Positions 50,460-64,000 of a DNA stretch of 64,000 bases are shown one piece after another. Both the position numbers and the translations under genes were made by a program. Within the stretch, counting starts at the first letter, position 1. Each line of letters begins with the position of its first letter. A model generated the notes under the pieces. That model made no database searches, was not told the DNA's origin, and was given only the letters and a program-made list of their open reading frames with translations. The stretch is from Balanoglossus misakiensis (taxonomy: Eukaryota > Animalia > Hemichordata). Location: assembly GCA_040954595.2 (NCBI GenBank), contig CM082579.2, positions 4,391,227 through 4,455,226 on the forward strand. The letters are read 5' to 3'.

Positions 50460-52213
50460 TTGAGTTGGAAAAATCTCTTTTAAATCAAGCGTGAACTACG
50501 TTCAGAAGATCGTGACTGTAAATCACGGTAAGATCTCCGTTGCCATAGTGACGTGTGGAGAGGCGCAGATTACTTTAAAACTTGGTCACGACGGCGGCCG
50601 AATCCGATTTTACTTCCGCTTTCCAATGACACTCGAGGCATTCCGAGTGCAACCTGTTGATATTCCCATCTATCGTGTATTCTCAACGATCCAAACCATG
50701 CCTAATTTACACACAAAAAAGACAGTGATATCGGAAATAAATGCAGTAATTTCCTCTGTACTCACTTTAGGATGGTACGCCCCCGACACGCACCCTGAAG
50801 TGTACTGCGAAAAAGACATTCAATACTGTATTTACTCAGGATTCGTTCAAAGAAAATCGACACCAGCCGTATTTACAATTAAGAAAGAGGCAGGCGTTAT
50901 ACCGTTTAAGAGCAACCTTATTTCAAATTTACTGAATCCCACTATCTCTCTTTTTAATTTAGAAATAGCGAATGAACTACATGTATGTGTTCAATTATTG
51001 GGAAGTGGTGCGATGTTGTGTTGCTGGAACACAAGATGTCAATGCTATCGTTGCCCTTTCACGTTCACAAAGAACTAAATATCTGTAATACGGTAGTGTG
51101 TTTGAACCGTTATTAAAATCTGAAGTGACGCGTGCGTTCGTCCGCAAGAGGATAGCTCGGGTTTTTCGGCTAGTGCATATGAAGTTAATCTCGGTTCTTT
51201 TCAGAAGAATACTTTATTCATTTTTTTAGCTTATTTTATCCTTTATCTTTTCTGAACTTAAAGAGGAGAGAGAATCGCCTGACTGATAGGTGCGCCAACA
51301 CTTCAGATAAGGAAATGTGCGCACTCTTTACGACCACCTTGCCTGGCTAAGGATTGGGTCCAGATCGATATCCGCCATTTTACAGAAAACCGCCACTTTT
51401 GCAGCGTTTTGTCAGACCGACAAGATGAACACGTTGTCGACACATATTTTTCAATTCGCCAGTCGTCTCGATACGAAAGATTAAACGGGCCGACGCTGAT
51501 ACGTCTTCGGCTTCGAGAAAGGAGAAAAATCACGGCTAATTCAAACGATAAATATTGATTTGATGTACTCGTCTTTTGGCAAACACAATGCCGAACCAAG
51601 TCGTTACACCTAATCGACTTGATTTTATTGAAGCGAATGCGAACATTTCGTGATTTGATTCAATATTCGACAGTGTCTCCAGTTTGTCCCATTTCGAGAG
51701 GGCGGCCGCATTTTGTAAGGAAGCCACGACATACCTGTACATACAAGTTAAGAGTAAGTAACAAACAAACACCCTGTTTTGAAAACCCATCGCCAGGTTC
51801 TTGACGTCGCACGCATGGAAACGCAAGATCGCTATGGAAACGATTTTGCATTCTGCTCATCGGGGCAGATGTACGTGAAATTGAGTCCCGCTAAAATTAA
51901 AACAAAATCTGATCGACCGCCCTGCAGCCGCTGGCAAATTTAAAATACACGTGTAAGTCTGAGCTCCTAAAGTACTTGTAGCAAATGGAAAATCGCCTTT
52001 GTTGGCGCATAAACAACACGACGTCAGTCAAGCGAGGATTTGTTGCTCTCAGAGGAAATTTAATTCAAATTATTGGCGAAATGGCTCCCGGTGCGTTTCA
52101 TAAAAAAAACCCTCAGCCGAGAGACCATTCACATGGGCGTTCAAGATGTGTGTTTATGGCAACGTCTTCCATGACTGTTTCTCGAACACGTATATACACC
52201 AATGTTTCCTTAA

Positions 52214-52352
52214 GGTAGATGACTCCTCAAAAATTATATACTATTTCCATTTTCCTGATTTTCATGTTAAAAACAAACATAGAGAGAAAACATTCTACAT
52301 GTAAGGCTATGGAATGTGATAACCACGCACTGCATCTGGGTAGTCATCTACC
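52214..52352. mobile_element. 139-bp MITE with TTAA target duplication and perfect 11-bp TIRs (Kolobok-like GG...CC termini)
   Basis: TTAA(52210-52213)|GGTAGATGACT...AGTCATCTACC|TTAA(52353-52356). Confidence 0.8.
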
Positions 52353-54795
52353 TTAATTGCCTTCGAGTGGACTAGCCAAAGAAAATTTTATCATGAGAGA
52401 ATTGAGGTGCTTGCCATTTACGCCATTAGTGTTTAAAGTGGCCGGACCTATCCATGAATGCAGTTGTTTTCCCATGTCAGTTTTGAAAAGATCACATATT
52501 TTGCTTCCAGAGAGATGACGGAAGTCTTTACTTATCCCGATTCAAATAAGGTGTTTACGACATCATTCACTCAAGGTTATTCCCCCTCACGTTTTCGTCC
52601 CAGTCTGCCTGAATATCCATGGAGACTAGGAAAAAAACAATATTTGCCTTGCTAATTGCTCACATTAAGGGTACTATGACACGAAGGGGCAATCTCCTGC
52701 TAAATGTATTTAACAAAATGTTTGCGACTATTAGCGGATCTTAAGGGATGCAAATTTGGACAATATCATCGACTCACCCGCGGTAAAGCTGCATTAATTT
52801 AATGGAAGGGTTTTGTTTTTGAAAAGCTTACTCCAAATTGGCTGTGTAACCGAAGAGCTCTGGGTATGTCAACTGAAAAAAGGGCAAAACGCAAAAAACA
52901 AGCGTCTCGGCTTGCCTTCCGCTCTGACATATCGCTTCGTTTGTTAGTTATACTTCTACGCATATCCGTCGACTCTATTACGTCATTGTTGCTATTGTGA
53001 AAGGTTGCAGACTGCACAAACTGAGAAGGAACTAACGAACGCGAAATCGACCATGCAGCTTCTCGTGAAGTCAACATGGCGTACACGTGACCGATCAGAA
53101 CGAAACTTGTAAAAATTAACAGAACTTACAAGCGCAAGCTGTCGCCATACGGCGCAAAAAGAGAGAAAGCCTTAGTTCCACATGGATCGCCTCCCCCCGA
53201 GCCCCGAGATAACATTTCATCTGCCACTATGCACGATAGATGGGGTTTTAGAGAGCTTAAAGAGTCACTTCACAGCGAGATTGAATAATTCATCGAGCAC
53301 AACGAAATCTCCCCCGATAAGGAAATTGGCGCGCAACAGAAACTTGTAAACATACCGCCAGGAGACAACATGCTGCCAACACCACATCCGGACAAGAATT
53401 CGATCATTTCGATTGCCATATCAGCAATATGAAATATTGAATTCGACCATTCAAGCGTGGCGATTCGGATTGCTTCCAGATTGAAGCGAACGCGTTCCTT
53501 TTCTAAGCCTTCACTTCAACAAAAAAACACCTAACACAAGTACATGTGCCTTCTACACTTATTGCGTTCATATTCGAATTTTAATTAGTTGCATTTTGTA
53601 GTCTGCATGAACGAAGGAAATATTTTCTTGCCTCCCCTCTTTTGGCCGACCCTGCAACGAGAAATTATTCAGTGCACAATTCAAGAGGACCGCAAACAAA
53701 CACGTGACATCTACCATCATTCCAATATGACGGCGAGCGCGACAATAGGGCCGATTGGTGGTGATGACGTGTAAAGGTTCACTCTGACAATTTCCTTTTA
53801 TTTGTCTGGAAAGATAAAAGCACTTGGTGAAAACATGCTAGGCTTAATTTGCGCATTTTTTTCAACCAAGGAAGTTCATTAGCGAGAATACAACGAGTAC
53901 TTCCGTGTCGGTCTGATGAAAAGTTCTGCCCGGAACAATCCAATCTTTGTTCAAGAGTTTGCTTGCCTCTTCGCCCTATAGCATTTCCCTCGCGCCTTCG
54001 ATAAGATAACGGCAAGTAGAGATATCGGAGCTGACGCAAAGCTCTCATTTCTTCCGCCAAATTAGCACTTCACATTTCCACGAATGCTAGTAAAAACAAC
54101 AATGCATATTTCTTATGAAGATAACTTTAGAATAGGAATAGGAAATATAACTTTGGAATAGGGTAAAGACCCGGGGATAACACAATCCATGAGGATATAC
54201 TGTTTTCCCGATCGTTTCACTAATTTCTAGTAAAACATCCAATCTTGATGATAAAGCACATTCGCCTTGAAGATCACTTCATGCGATACAAATATGTTTT
54301 CTGAGACGATTAAGCCGATGAGAAAGGATTAGAAGGAATATTTTTCAGGGTTAATAAGCAACAGAAGGCCACTACAGATGACGTAAATTGGTTACTCGTA
54401 CAGGAGTGTTTTTTCACCAGTGACGCCGAGTCCGCACTGAGAGGGGGGGAGAGAGGGGGGAGACAGAGAGGGAGACAAAGAGAGAGGTTGTAACGCTGAT
54501 TATGTGTACATGAATATGTTAACTTGCTTTACGGGTTGAATGCCCGGAGTATCAACAAGACGTCTTCAGCAGTATCAGTGTGGATGATACCCTTGTCAAA
54601 ACTGTTTCAAAATACACTGTACATACACTGTAAACTTGACGTCACTGGGCCTTGGATATCGACCATCGTGAACAATGGCACCGAGTAACTTGCTTTTCCT
54701 AAGTCACTGATTAGAACGAGAATTGCAAAAGAGCTCAACATTTACAGAACACACTCCCCACAGGTAACATCCTTGAGTTTTTTTACATATTGTAT

Positions 54796-54809
54796 GTTAC
54801 CTTGGCAAC
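54796..54809. promoter_or_regulatory. Consensus RFX X-box
   Basis: GTTACCTTGGCAAC is an exact consensus match. Motif match only. Confidence 0.4.
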
Positions 54810-57800
54810 CACACACACTGCATATTTCTCAATTTCTCAATCGCCAAGCTCTCGCGAAGAATAATTTCTTCAGCTTTGAGTATGCTAATCTTTGAGTGCA
54901 CTTAAAATTATACCTCCAGAGCAAACGTGTCCCTGAAATAGCACACTCTGTATGTAATAATTGTTGGAGTTTGGCGGCGTAGGACGATGAAAAGGGGGAC
55001 AAAATTCACACAGTCAACTCATGATGAAGAACTTGGTCACTATTAACTTTCTATACATGTTATATAAAATGTGGTCACTTCCAAACATTTGCATTGGCCA
55101 CGAGTTATACGTTTGACGCTACGACGCAAGGTTTCTTGTGTTTGATGGTTTTGATGAGTTCCATTCTACTGAGTCAATGCAGGAGTCACGGCGGAAGAAT
55201 TTCTGCTATAGCGTCAACTGCGCATGTCATAGAAAACGCATTGGCAACACTGTATTTTTACCGAGCTTTCGGGGTGTGCCCACATACCGCGCGGGAGGAA
55301 GAGAGAATTTCCCGCTGCAATCCAAGCCTCAAAAAGGGCAAAACGTCACCTGGAGTTTCGCGACCGATTTGCCGATATCTGAGATTTCCGAGAATTGCGA
55401 GAAATTAAAAGGAACTCCCAGGCTTGCAATAATGCGACTCAAACAAACCCGTTTACTTCAACACGTAGGAAAGAGTCTACGAGACACGATACGAGGCTTT
55501 CGTCGACTGAGATTATCGTGTTCTAAAGAGGGGATTTATTTATATTCCTCCACTCGCGGAGTTGTCAAGAAGTCGTATCCATTACCTTGAAACTTGCAAA
55601 GCTTCACAGTGGTCGATATATTCATCTGTCCGTCTAACACATCCAGAGAAGGGGCTGTATAATAATACAAAATACAAATGTCAAAAAGTTATCACGAAAA
55701 TGTTTGTGTGGGGTGTGACATGCGTACTGTACTACTGCATTGTTGCTTTGAAATGCGGGGTTGCTGCGGTATACTTTATGCATTGCGCGCAGCTTCGAAA
55801 AGTACCATTTGCGCAGAAAGGGTCATAACGTGCGAGAGACTATCTGGAGACGTTGTTGTATATATTTAAAGGAACAACTTCGTCCCTGCTCGTACAATAT
55901 ATGAGATGGGAGAAAAATCGATCCTCTGTAAAACGACAGCCTACGAGAATCCGAAGGCTGAGCTTATTATTTTAAAGATTGAGCAAATTCTCTTCTAACA
56001 CCTTTAAAGCTTTGAGCAGATCCGTCGTGAAACGTGAGAGTCCGCTTACCGCCGGCCACAGACGGTTTCTAGTATATTGCTTTCCTCGTGAGCGAACAAA
56101 GTGTGTTTATCCGACGGTAATTGAGCAGTTTGTTATAGGCAACAGTTACAATAAAGATCTCGTAAAACAAAAGAAATAGCGGTTTGCTTACGCATACTGG
56201 CAGCGCTTAATGCCGTAAAACGGTGATGGTGCATAGGATCATCGTTGACGCGCAGAACTGCACGACTGACAATTGTAAATGAGGGGGGGGGAGACATCTA
56301 ATTTCTACCAGCTCAACTGCCCAAATATTTCGGATAAAAACTGCCTCCGTTTTTCCCCGCGCCTACTTTGCAGAAATGTTTCACTGCTAAATCGATGACG
56401 CCTTCGTAAATTAGACCAGTGAGTGGAACATTTGCCAAGGATTTCAATTTCCTACCGCCGTTAATCAACTTCGGACCATTAAGTTATAGAGTTAAAGACG
56501 TAAAGTGGATATAACAATAAAAAAAACCGCCTTTAACGCCGGAGACCCCCTATTGCAGCATACTCGTTTCGAGCGTGAAGCATCTGACGACAGCCGTCTG
56601 AAATGGCCATCGCCGATCTCCTTCGTTTGGCTGATAATTTGCAGATGTTTTCCAGCGGGTCCTGAATATCAATGTGTACTTTGCTGTACGTGACCCGACC
56701 GCTTATGAAAAATACAACAGTCTACGTGCGTAGAGTTTCCACTTATAGGTCTGTTTCAGTCTCCCCCCCCCCCCCGTCATATCTGCTGTCAACAAGGACA
56801 TGGGCGTATTTATGCATATTATGCTTTGAGAGCAGCGGCCGATACCTACACTACAGAGAGTCCTGATAAACAGCGCCCCTGCAGGGGAATCTTACTCACA
56901 GCGGTGACGTCGACTGTGTTTTTTAGTTCACCAGATCTGCATCCTCTCGCAGACCGGAGCCATTGTCATTTCTGTCGCCAAGGCGATCCGTATACGTTTA
57001 CGAAAGCTGCCTCTAGATCCTGAACAAAAATTACCGCGCCGGTGAGATTTCCCCGGCTTGCTACAAGAAGTTTATTACGCGGACAACAATAATGTGCCTC
57101 CCCATGCCTTCTGTGCCGAAGTTCGTCAGTTTCTAGTTTTTATTCGCCAACAACGTCCGTCTCAAATACTCCGTGCTGGGTCACAAGTGGGACCACTCGA
57201 TCGTTGTGCCGTACGATCATTGGCAATTAGCCCAGGCAAGTCAAGGTAAGGTCTATATGCACTATGCTGGCATCTGGTCCGTCACGAAAATTATTTTATG
57301 TCTTTCGAAATATTATACTTTTTGGACCGATATGCGTGCCAAACCTACAACCCTTCCTAAAAATTTCCTTCCTACAGTGTCTCTGGTCGAATTGTGCACT
57401 CATTGCTTATACTCGTGTCGTCCGTTCTGCCCTCATATCGTTCCCATCAGCTCAGGATTTCTTATTTTAATACTATCGAGGCAAAACAGCGTCTTAGAAA
57501 TCTCCGATATCGTGTTAAACTCATGTGCCATCAGTATAATCAGTGTTTGAGAGTCAATCTCCCAAAATTGATAGGTTACAAATTTAGTCATAACAAATCT
57601 GATTATTTTTGGCGGTCGGGTGGGGGGTGTTGTTGGTAGAGAAATTGGCTTTTGGATTCCCAGTCCATCCACGATACGCAATACTCCGGATTAGATGACG
57701 TAGAAAGACTTTCAAGAACACAGTTTTTTTCTGCCACGTAAAGCATTCATGGAGAGTATACACGTCGTGGTCATAGTGTACCGTATAAGCTTACATTCGA

Positions 57801-60800
57801 GTGCATCATCAGACTTTACGTGTGTCACGGTAACCGTGTGCATCAACCGAGCCTGTGCTAACACTGGTGGCGATATCTTCGAACACAGTCTCAGGGACTG
57901 TGCTTCGAAGTACATGTACCTTGACTCTTCTGAATATTCACGCACACACATGCAGAGGTTCTTTACTTTTCAACATTAACGGTGTCAGAGACGGCAGCTG
58001 GCGCTTTACGCAATAATGGGGAGCAGGAATAATCGGTGCTGTATATATTTTAAGGCGGATCTCGCAATCCGGCTGGCGAAGTGCGCGGCGCGGCGGTGAT
58101 TTATCGTCTCTCACTGATCTGTACAGATCACCGCATTAAGTCGCTGTGTTTTATTTACAGCTTATCTCGCACTCCGGTTCGCGCTTAAATCGCGGGAAAT
58201 GATTAATTCGCTGCCGTTAACGTCGACGGTAAAGCCGCGCTGATACCGCGGTCAAATTATGGCTGAGTTGGGAATATTAACATCAGGCATATGACAACCT
58301 CGCCTTATTGAGCTTAAATTTTGGAGTAAAAAATACAGAAAAAAAGTAGAAGAAGGCGATGAGTTTTCATTTAATTTTTTAAGTGATTTCAACTTGAATC
58401 TGACTAAGATACTGAAGACAAAAACCGCGAGAATTTCATTTTTATGTGAATTTTTCGTTTTCGATTTTGTCTAGCCTCGCATCAGAGAGATCAAGGTATA
58501 TGTATGTGTATACAACACACGTACACGCTGCCCTAAGTCCCCACAGGTTGGTGAATATTTTAACCGGACGCAATTTCTCGACCGGAAAATATGATACAAA
58601 TTAAATGGACACGTTTCCATGGCGATAACATCTCCCCCTAATCGATATGAAGATTTGCGAGTCTCCGAAGTAAGTAGCATGTACTTTACGCATAATTTAA
58701 TATCTCTCGTGGAATCTCGCACTTTCGGTTGCTATGTACACCTGAGACGGACGCCGGCGGCATCGCTCTGTCGTTCGGGAAACCTCACACAAACGCCAGA
58801 TACACGTTTAATTTGTATGACTCCTACATGTAAATGCGCGCCTCTCTCGTGGCGACATAATTCAGCCTGACTTCTTCGCAGACACGGCACACAAATCGGC
58901 TTGAAGTCACCACGCGAACGCCAAGACAGATGACTCAGTCGATAAGGACTGTACTATCACCGATGACGTTCACGCGCCAAATAACGATTTCAAAAGAGAG
59001 TGCGTTGCAATCGGCCAGATTCCGATAGATATCTGATTTTGCGTTGCATTCCAAATAACCCGAGTCATATGTAAGGCAACGATATGGTCGACGGTGACGT
59101 CATCGACGTCTTACCACTTTTTAAATGTAGGCTATAATTCTCCAGTCGCAATTTCCCAAGAACTGGTCTATAAGTATCTCTAGTACCATCGGCTAAAACC
59201 ATTTAAGACAAAGACGGTAAAAATCGAATACAAAGCACGATTACATGCAACTGTAGAGAACTTGTTATAGCTGCGGAACCCTTCATAAAGGCTGACGACA
59301 TACTTTATTTCTTAGCATGTAAATAGACTTATGTAATTATTTGTGATATAAACTGGAGGCGGATGATGATGTTTACTTCAACGTTTTGAAATATGTGGAT
59401 AACGCTACATTTTACATGTTTCATACAAATCGAGCATTTTAAATATTGTTTCAACAAGTATGGAGTTACGAGCGGCTTGGTATTTACAAGCGAGAATACA
59501 GAAGCAACACAGATTGTCACTTAGGGTGAACGATTAATTTCCCCGGCCTACTGAATTAGAAATCTGAGCAGATTATGCAGAACTCGTTTATCACACATTC
59601 TCATCCCCCGTACTTGACCTTAATATTAGTAAAAGAAGGCGATTGCAATGTCAGATTAGTCGTTACGTCAATCCTCACGTGACCACGGATGCGCTCCGAT
59701 TGTATCTCCTATCTTAAGAATACTTATACGAGATTGCCTACGTATGCGGCTTCCGTGTACTTCGATATCGCCGTTTGAATGTGGTTGTTAGCAACTTTAA
59801 TAGAGGAAGAGTTGTTTTCCATCTGCTGTGTGACAATCGTTCTGATGCTCATCATCCTTATGACAGAAAGACTAACGAGTACATGTAATACCTATCTGCC
59901 TCATGGTGATTCAAGGTCGCTGAAAATTGTCAGAACGACGCGGGCGCTGGCATCCAACACAGTTACATGGCGTCAACAAAACACATCGTCATCAGCCCTT
60001 TCATTCATTCATCCGTCCACCTACCTACTTGTACCAACCCACACACCAATCTACCAAACCAAACAAACAGCTAACCTTTCCTTTCTGCATTGATTCCCAA
60101 TACAGTTCCAAACAAAATGTATGTTGTTTATAGAAAGGTCCCTTCCCATGCCCCACCCACCACAACTATTGACAGCTCCCTTAATTTCTTGCGCCTGAAA
60201 TTCCCCTGAGCGAGCAGATATTTTTCTTTATTCAACAAACATGCTCAATTTACCCAGGGAAGTCTCGCTACACCTGATACGTGTTTCCTTCCACGGTCTG
60301 TGGTCATACGAGGAGGTTTTATCGATTGAGTGAGCCCGCTAAATAACCTTGGCGTGGTAACTAAGGAACAATTCGATTAATTCGCGTACATCAGTGCCCG
60401 CTTTTCAACTCTGCTGCCGGGACTGAAAGTTGACACCGCTCTCCGCCTCTCTCGAGATTCTGCGTCGATACTCGCTTGACTTCATTCAATACTGAATGAA
60501 GCCGGCGTTTTGATATTTAAAGGAAGCGTTTGAATTTGCATTAGTGATCTTTCCCGCTTCTGGCGACAGTTGTGCCAACTGCCTTCCTGCGCGGGCGCTT
60601 TCCCGCATGTTGTTGGGAAACGGCGATTCTGGATCTGGCATTTTGATGATGAAATCGTTTACATTTAGACCGAAGTCGCATCATAACTCATCTCGGGTTA
60701 AGTGGCGAGAACTGCAAGACTGTAGCCTGAAAACGACAAAACTTAAATGTGCTAAAAGATTATGGTTTGCTGAAATGTCATATATCTGTCTGTTTTCTCC

Positions 60801-61085
60801 ACAAGTCGAAGACTTTTTGAAGGAGAACTTCTTAGTATTCCTTTTGATGACACCCTCGCTTGCTCTCGGTGACGGCTCTGGGAAAAGCTCGAATAAAAAG
60901 CTTTACTTAGCCTCCAAGTCACTCACTGAGCGTAATTGCAAATCGGAGTTAAATCAAGCTATAGTCACCCGAGGCGGGAAAAAAACGATCACAAAACCGC
61001 AGCAACCCGCGTCGATCTTCTTTTGCATGACTTGGCGCGCACCGCGTCACATCATCCTATTCACGCTCAGCCTCGTTTTCAAGTG

Positions 61086-61104
61086 GCACCGCGAGGGGGC
61101 GACA
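61086..61104 (+). promoter_or_regulatory. Candidate CTCF site
   Basis: GCACCGCGAGGGGGCGACA matches the CTCF core CC(A/G)(C/G)NAG(A/G)(G/T)GGC(A/G). Motif match only. Confidence 0.4.
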
Positions 61105-64000
61105 TAGCTGCCTTTCTACCCATACTATCAACGTCAAACTAATGACAGTTTAGCGCCTTTCACGAGAAGGCGCAATCAATTATTTCATACAGCCCATCAA
61201 ATATTTACACGGCCACTTAAAATATTAAACGCGAGTTCGCGGCCGCGAACGCGTTGGCTGCGCGTTGTATTGAATCATTCATCTCAAAGTAGGTCAATCA
61301 CTCTATAAGACGTTTGTTCAGATAAATATTAATGACCACGATTCACTGGATTTATCGCGCCTATGGTGTTATGAAAATGATTTATTAAAATTGGACTGTA
61401 TTTCATTTAGTTACCTGCAGCTGGCGATCTCCCAGGGTTGCATAATCCATGCTGTGTTTTTTTTAGCCGCCCAGGTTGTCTGTGAGAATGCAGGCGCAAG
61501 TTGGTCCATTATCCGTCCAGGCAAGAGGTGAATTCTTGTCTCCAAATCATCAGCCGCATTCTGCCAGTGTGGCTTCGTTGCTTTGAAATATTCTCATTTT
61601 CAACCAGTTAAGGGACAGCACCTGCAATGTTTGAAAATAATCAGTATTTTTATTCTATTGTCTGATACAATTCCGTGTTCTACTCCCCAAAACATGTTAA
61701 CATACCATGCGGAAGTCAGCCTGTCATTAAGCTTTAAACGGGCTTTAGCGAGTAGAAAAAATCTCGGCGCTCTAATTCGACGACTAAAAACCTGAGTCTC
61801 GATTGAATCAAGGAAGCGAAAATTGATGCACAAATACGTTAACTTGTGCAAGGTGACAAATACTTCCGGTTCTCGGGGCGTCTCGTCGACTTGTCGGCGG
61901 GACTGTCAGTTGATATTGTCGGTTAGTCGCGGCACAAATTTTATTGAATTTGCACTGAGTGCGTTCGGGTCTTTGATACATTTCTCGCTCAGGGAGATCG
62001 GAATAAAGCGTAAATTTCATCATCTTTTAGACTTAATGATACATTTCCCGACGGGATTTTGTTTTTTGGCTTACACTGACTCACCACGTGTTGATGATTA
62101 CACTTGATCTGAAATTTCTTTGATGCTGTCTTTGGAAAACCCTGAAGGTCAATGCCCTATTTTTGAATGGGGGAATCTATACAAGAGTGTTCCATTTGAT
62201 GAATCGGGATTCTGTTTTCTGGCTTTGGAAGCGAGCTTGGGGACTTGACATAAATCTGCACCGGGTAATGATAGCCCGTGGGCGCACTTGAACTACTTTT
62301 AATCTTCAGGTTTCTGCTCGTCATCGCGTTCTTTTGTACTGACACCTGGAGAAGGCACGCAAGAATTGTCCTTGCTCCCATTCTCTTTAAAAGTGTGCCG
62401 TTTCTCGAACTCGAACCGTATTTATGCGGTAACACATTCGGTGCATGGATCACAGCAAGATCGTAGAAGGCCGCTGCTTAGTAGTTATTTGTTCATGCAT
62501 ATTCTACCCATTTCATTGTTAAGTGGGAGACAATTGCCTAAATTAGGATACGTTCACAAGTAATGGACGGGGTGGGGGAGTTGTGATTAGAAGCGTAGAA
62601 CCCCCCTCTGTATAGTCAGAAAACTTCAAAGCCCTAACCACCCAGCCTAAAATGTTTGCTAATATTTACGATGCATATTTTACTTCTCTTATAGTTAAAT
62701 GGGTTACAACTGTCTCCTTATATTTTTTTCGCATGCACGAAATTTTATCACAACCCATTCGTCCAATGTATGAAAATTACAGAAGATAAACTTGTGTCAT
62801 TGAGAGCAGACAAATTCGAGACAGAAAAATAGGAAACTAGCCTTGTGTAAGGCGTAATAAATTAATTATTTTGATTAATTATTGACTGTATCGGGGACAT
62901 AAGTCATCGGTATTTATTTTACGTAAAGAATTAAGTACATTTATTAATGCTATCAATCGCCATATCAGGTGAATACCTTATTTCTTATTAACCTGGCGGG
63001 CTTGTCTGCCCTGGGGCAAGGTAATGATATATTTCTCTGGTTTCCCTGGACAGTTCTCTCTCTCTCAAATGAATTTTGCACTCTCATTAAATGTTTACCT
63101 TCTCGCTGAAACAGTAAGTTAACGGACGGCATATATAATTCCCGCATAGATTCCCTGCCCTCTGCTCATTATCGGTGTCTTTTCGTTGTCTCAGAGCTTT
63201 TGTTGGATAAGGATCCTATTTCGTCGTTTGCAACCGCAATTTGGATCGCACGATTATCTGAGAAACATTAATTAAAACGGGCAAATCTGCTGCATCTTTG
63301 CGCATTGACGTCTTAATTCTTCTGAAACAATCATTCACTCATAGCGTAGTTCAATTTATTACGAGCATGCTTCTTCGGCAGGAAGATAAGAATCTTCCAG
63401 TAAGGCAAGGATACGTCACAAGACAGCTCACGTCACGGATCACGTGACAGTCCAATCGCTCTTAAAAGGTGTAGTCAGTATCCCGACGACGGAGGACATT
63501 CTGAGTGGGCCTTTGAAGGACTGGTGACGCGGTCGGACATTTCCGGGCGTCACAAATTGTCGTCAGCGCAGGGAAACCCTCGTAAAGCAGGTCGCGTTGT
63601 TGTGCAGCAACGCGTTTATGTGTCCATCTTCATCCGCGCCACTGACATCACGCGGTTTTCCGGTCGTACAGTAGGATTCTTCGCCGGCGCAAACATCTGC
63701 CGCTTCTTGCAAAGTTTAATACCTATCGATCAGGTGCATGTACGAGAATCGACGTTTCCCAGGTCGTCCTATATTCGTTCGTTGAAGAGTATTTTAGTAC
63801 GTTTGTGTCGGAATTCCAGAGAGATCTTTATATGTCACCAGTTGATCATCGGTGTAACTATAGGCCTACGCCTTTCGCGTGCACTGATTGGTTGCAGGGT
63901 ACAACTTCTTAGCTGTTCTTCTTTCGTGTGCAATTCATAAACGTTTAATTAATTTCTCGCCTCGATGGGCACGGGTGCTTGTCAAATTCTTATTTGATAT

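Noticed and set aside
50491-51078. 195-aa ORF containing GVIPF, reminiscent of TBC1D19 GVIPFHGF
   Set aside because: It is on the wrong strand and upstream of the gene, starts with GTG, and the flanking residues do not match.
60544-61107. 187-aa ORF
   Set aside because: GTG start, no domain similarity I recognise and no supporting splice structure.

Overview
This window is eukaryotic animal genomic DNA. Base composition and repeat style suggest a marine invertebrate, possibly a deuterostome such as a hemichordate or echinoderm, but that is an inference. One protein-coding gene is clearly supported: the 5' half of TBC1D19 on the minus strand. It has 8 GT-AG coding exons between 40238 and 31890 that join in frame to 825 nt (275 aa), ending in the start of the TBC domain. 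A probable non-coding first exon and a housekeeping-type promoter lie near 41.7-41.8 kb. I could not find the next exon anywhere in 1-31889, which implies an intron over 31.8 kb in a gene whose other introns are 0.18-3.0 kb. Positions 42-64 kb contain no recognisable gene and are much more CpG-rich than the gene body. The rest consists of microsatellites, several small non-autonomous DNA transposons (TTAA-target and TA-target MITEs) and many enhancer-like motif clusters. Almost all ORFs in the supplied track are spurious. I found no prokaryotic system, CRISPR array or intact RNA gene, and nothing I can call a new biological system. The most interesting signals are regulatory: a possible bystander-gene regulatory block, a TISU-like uORF, RFX X-box density and strong TACATGTA/TAGGCCTA octamer patterning.
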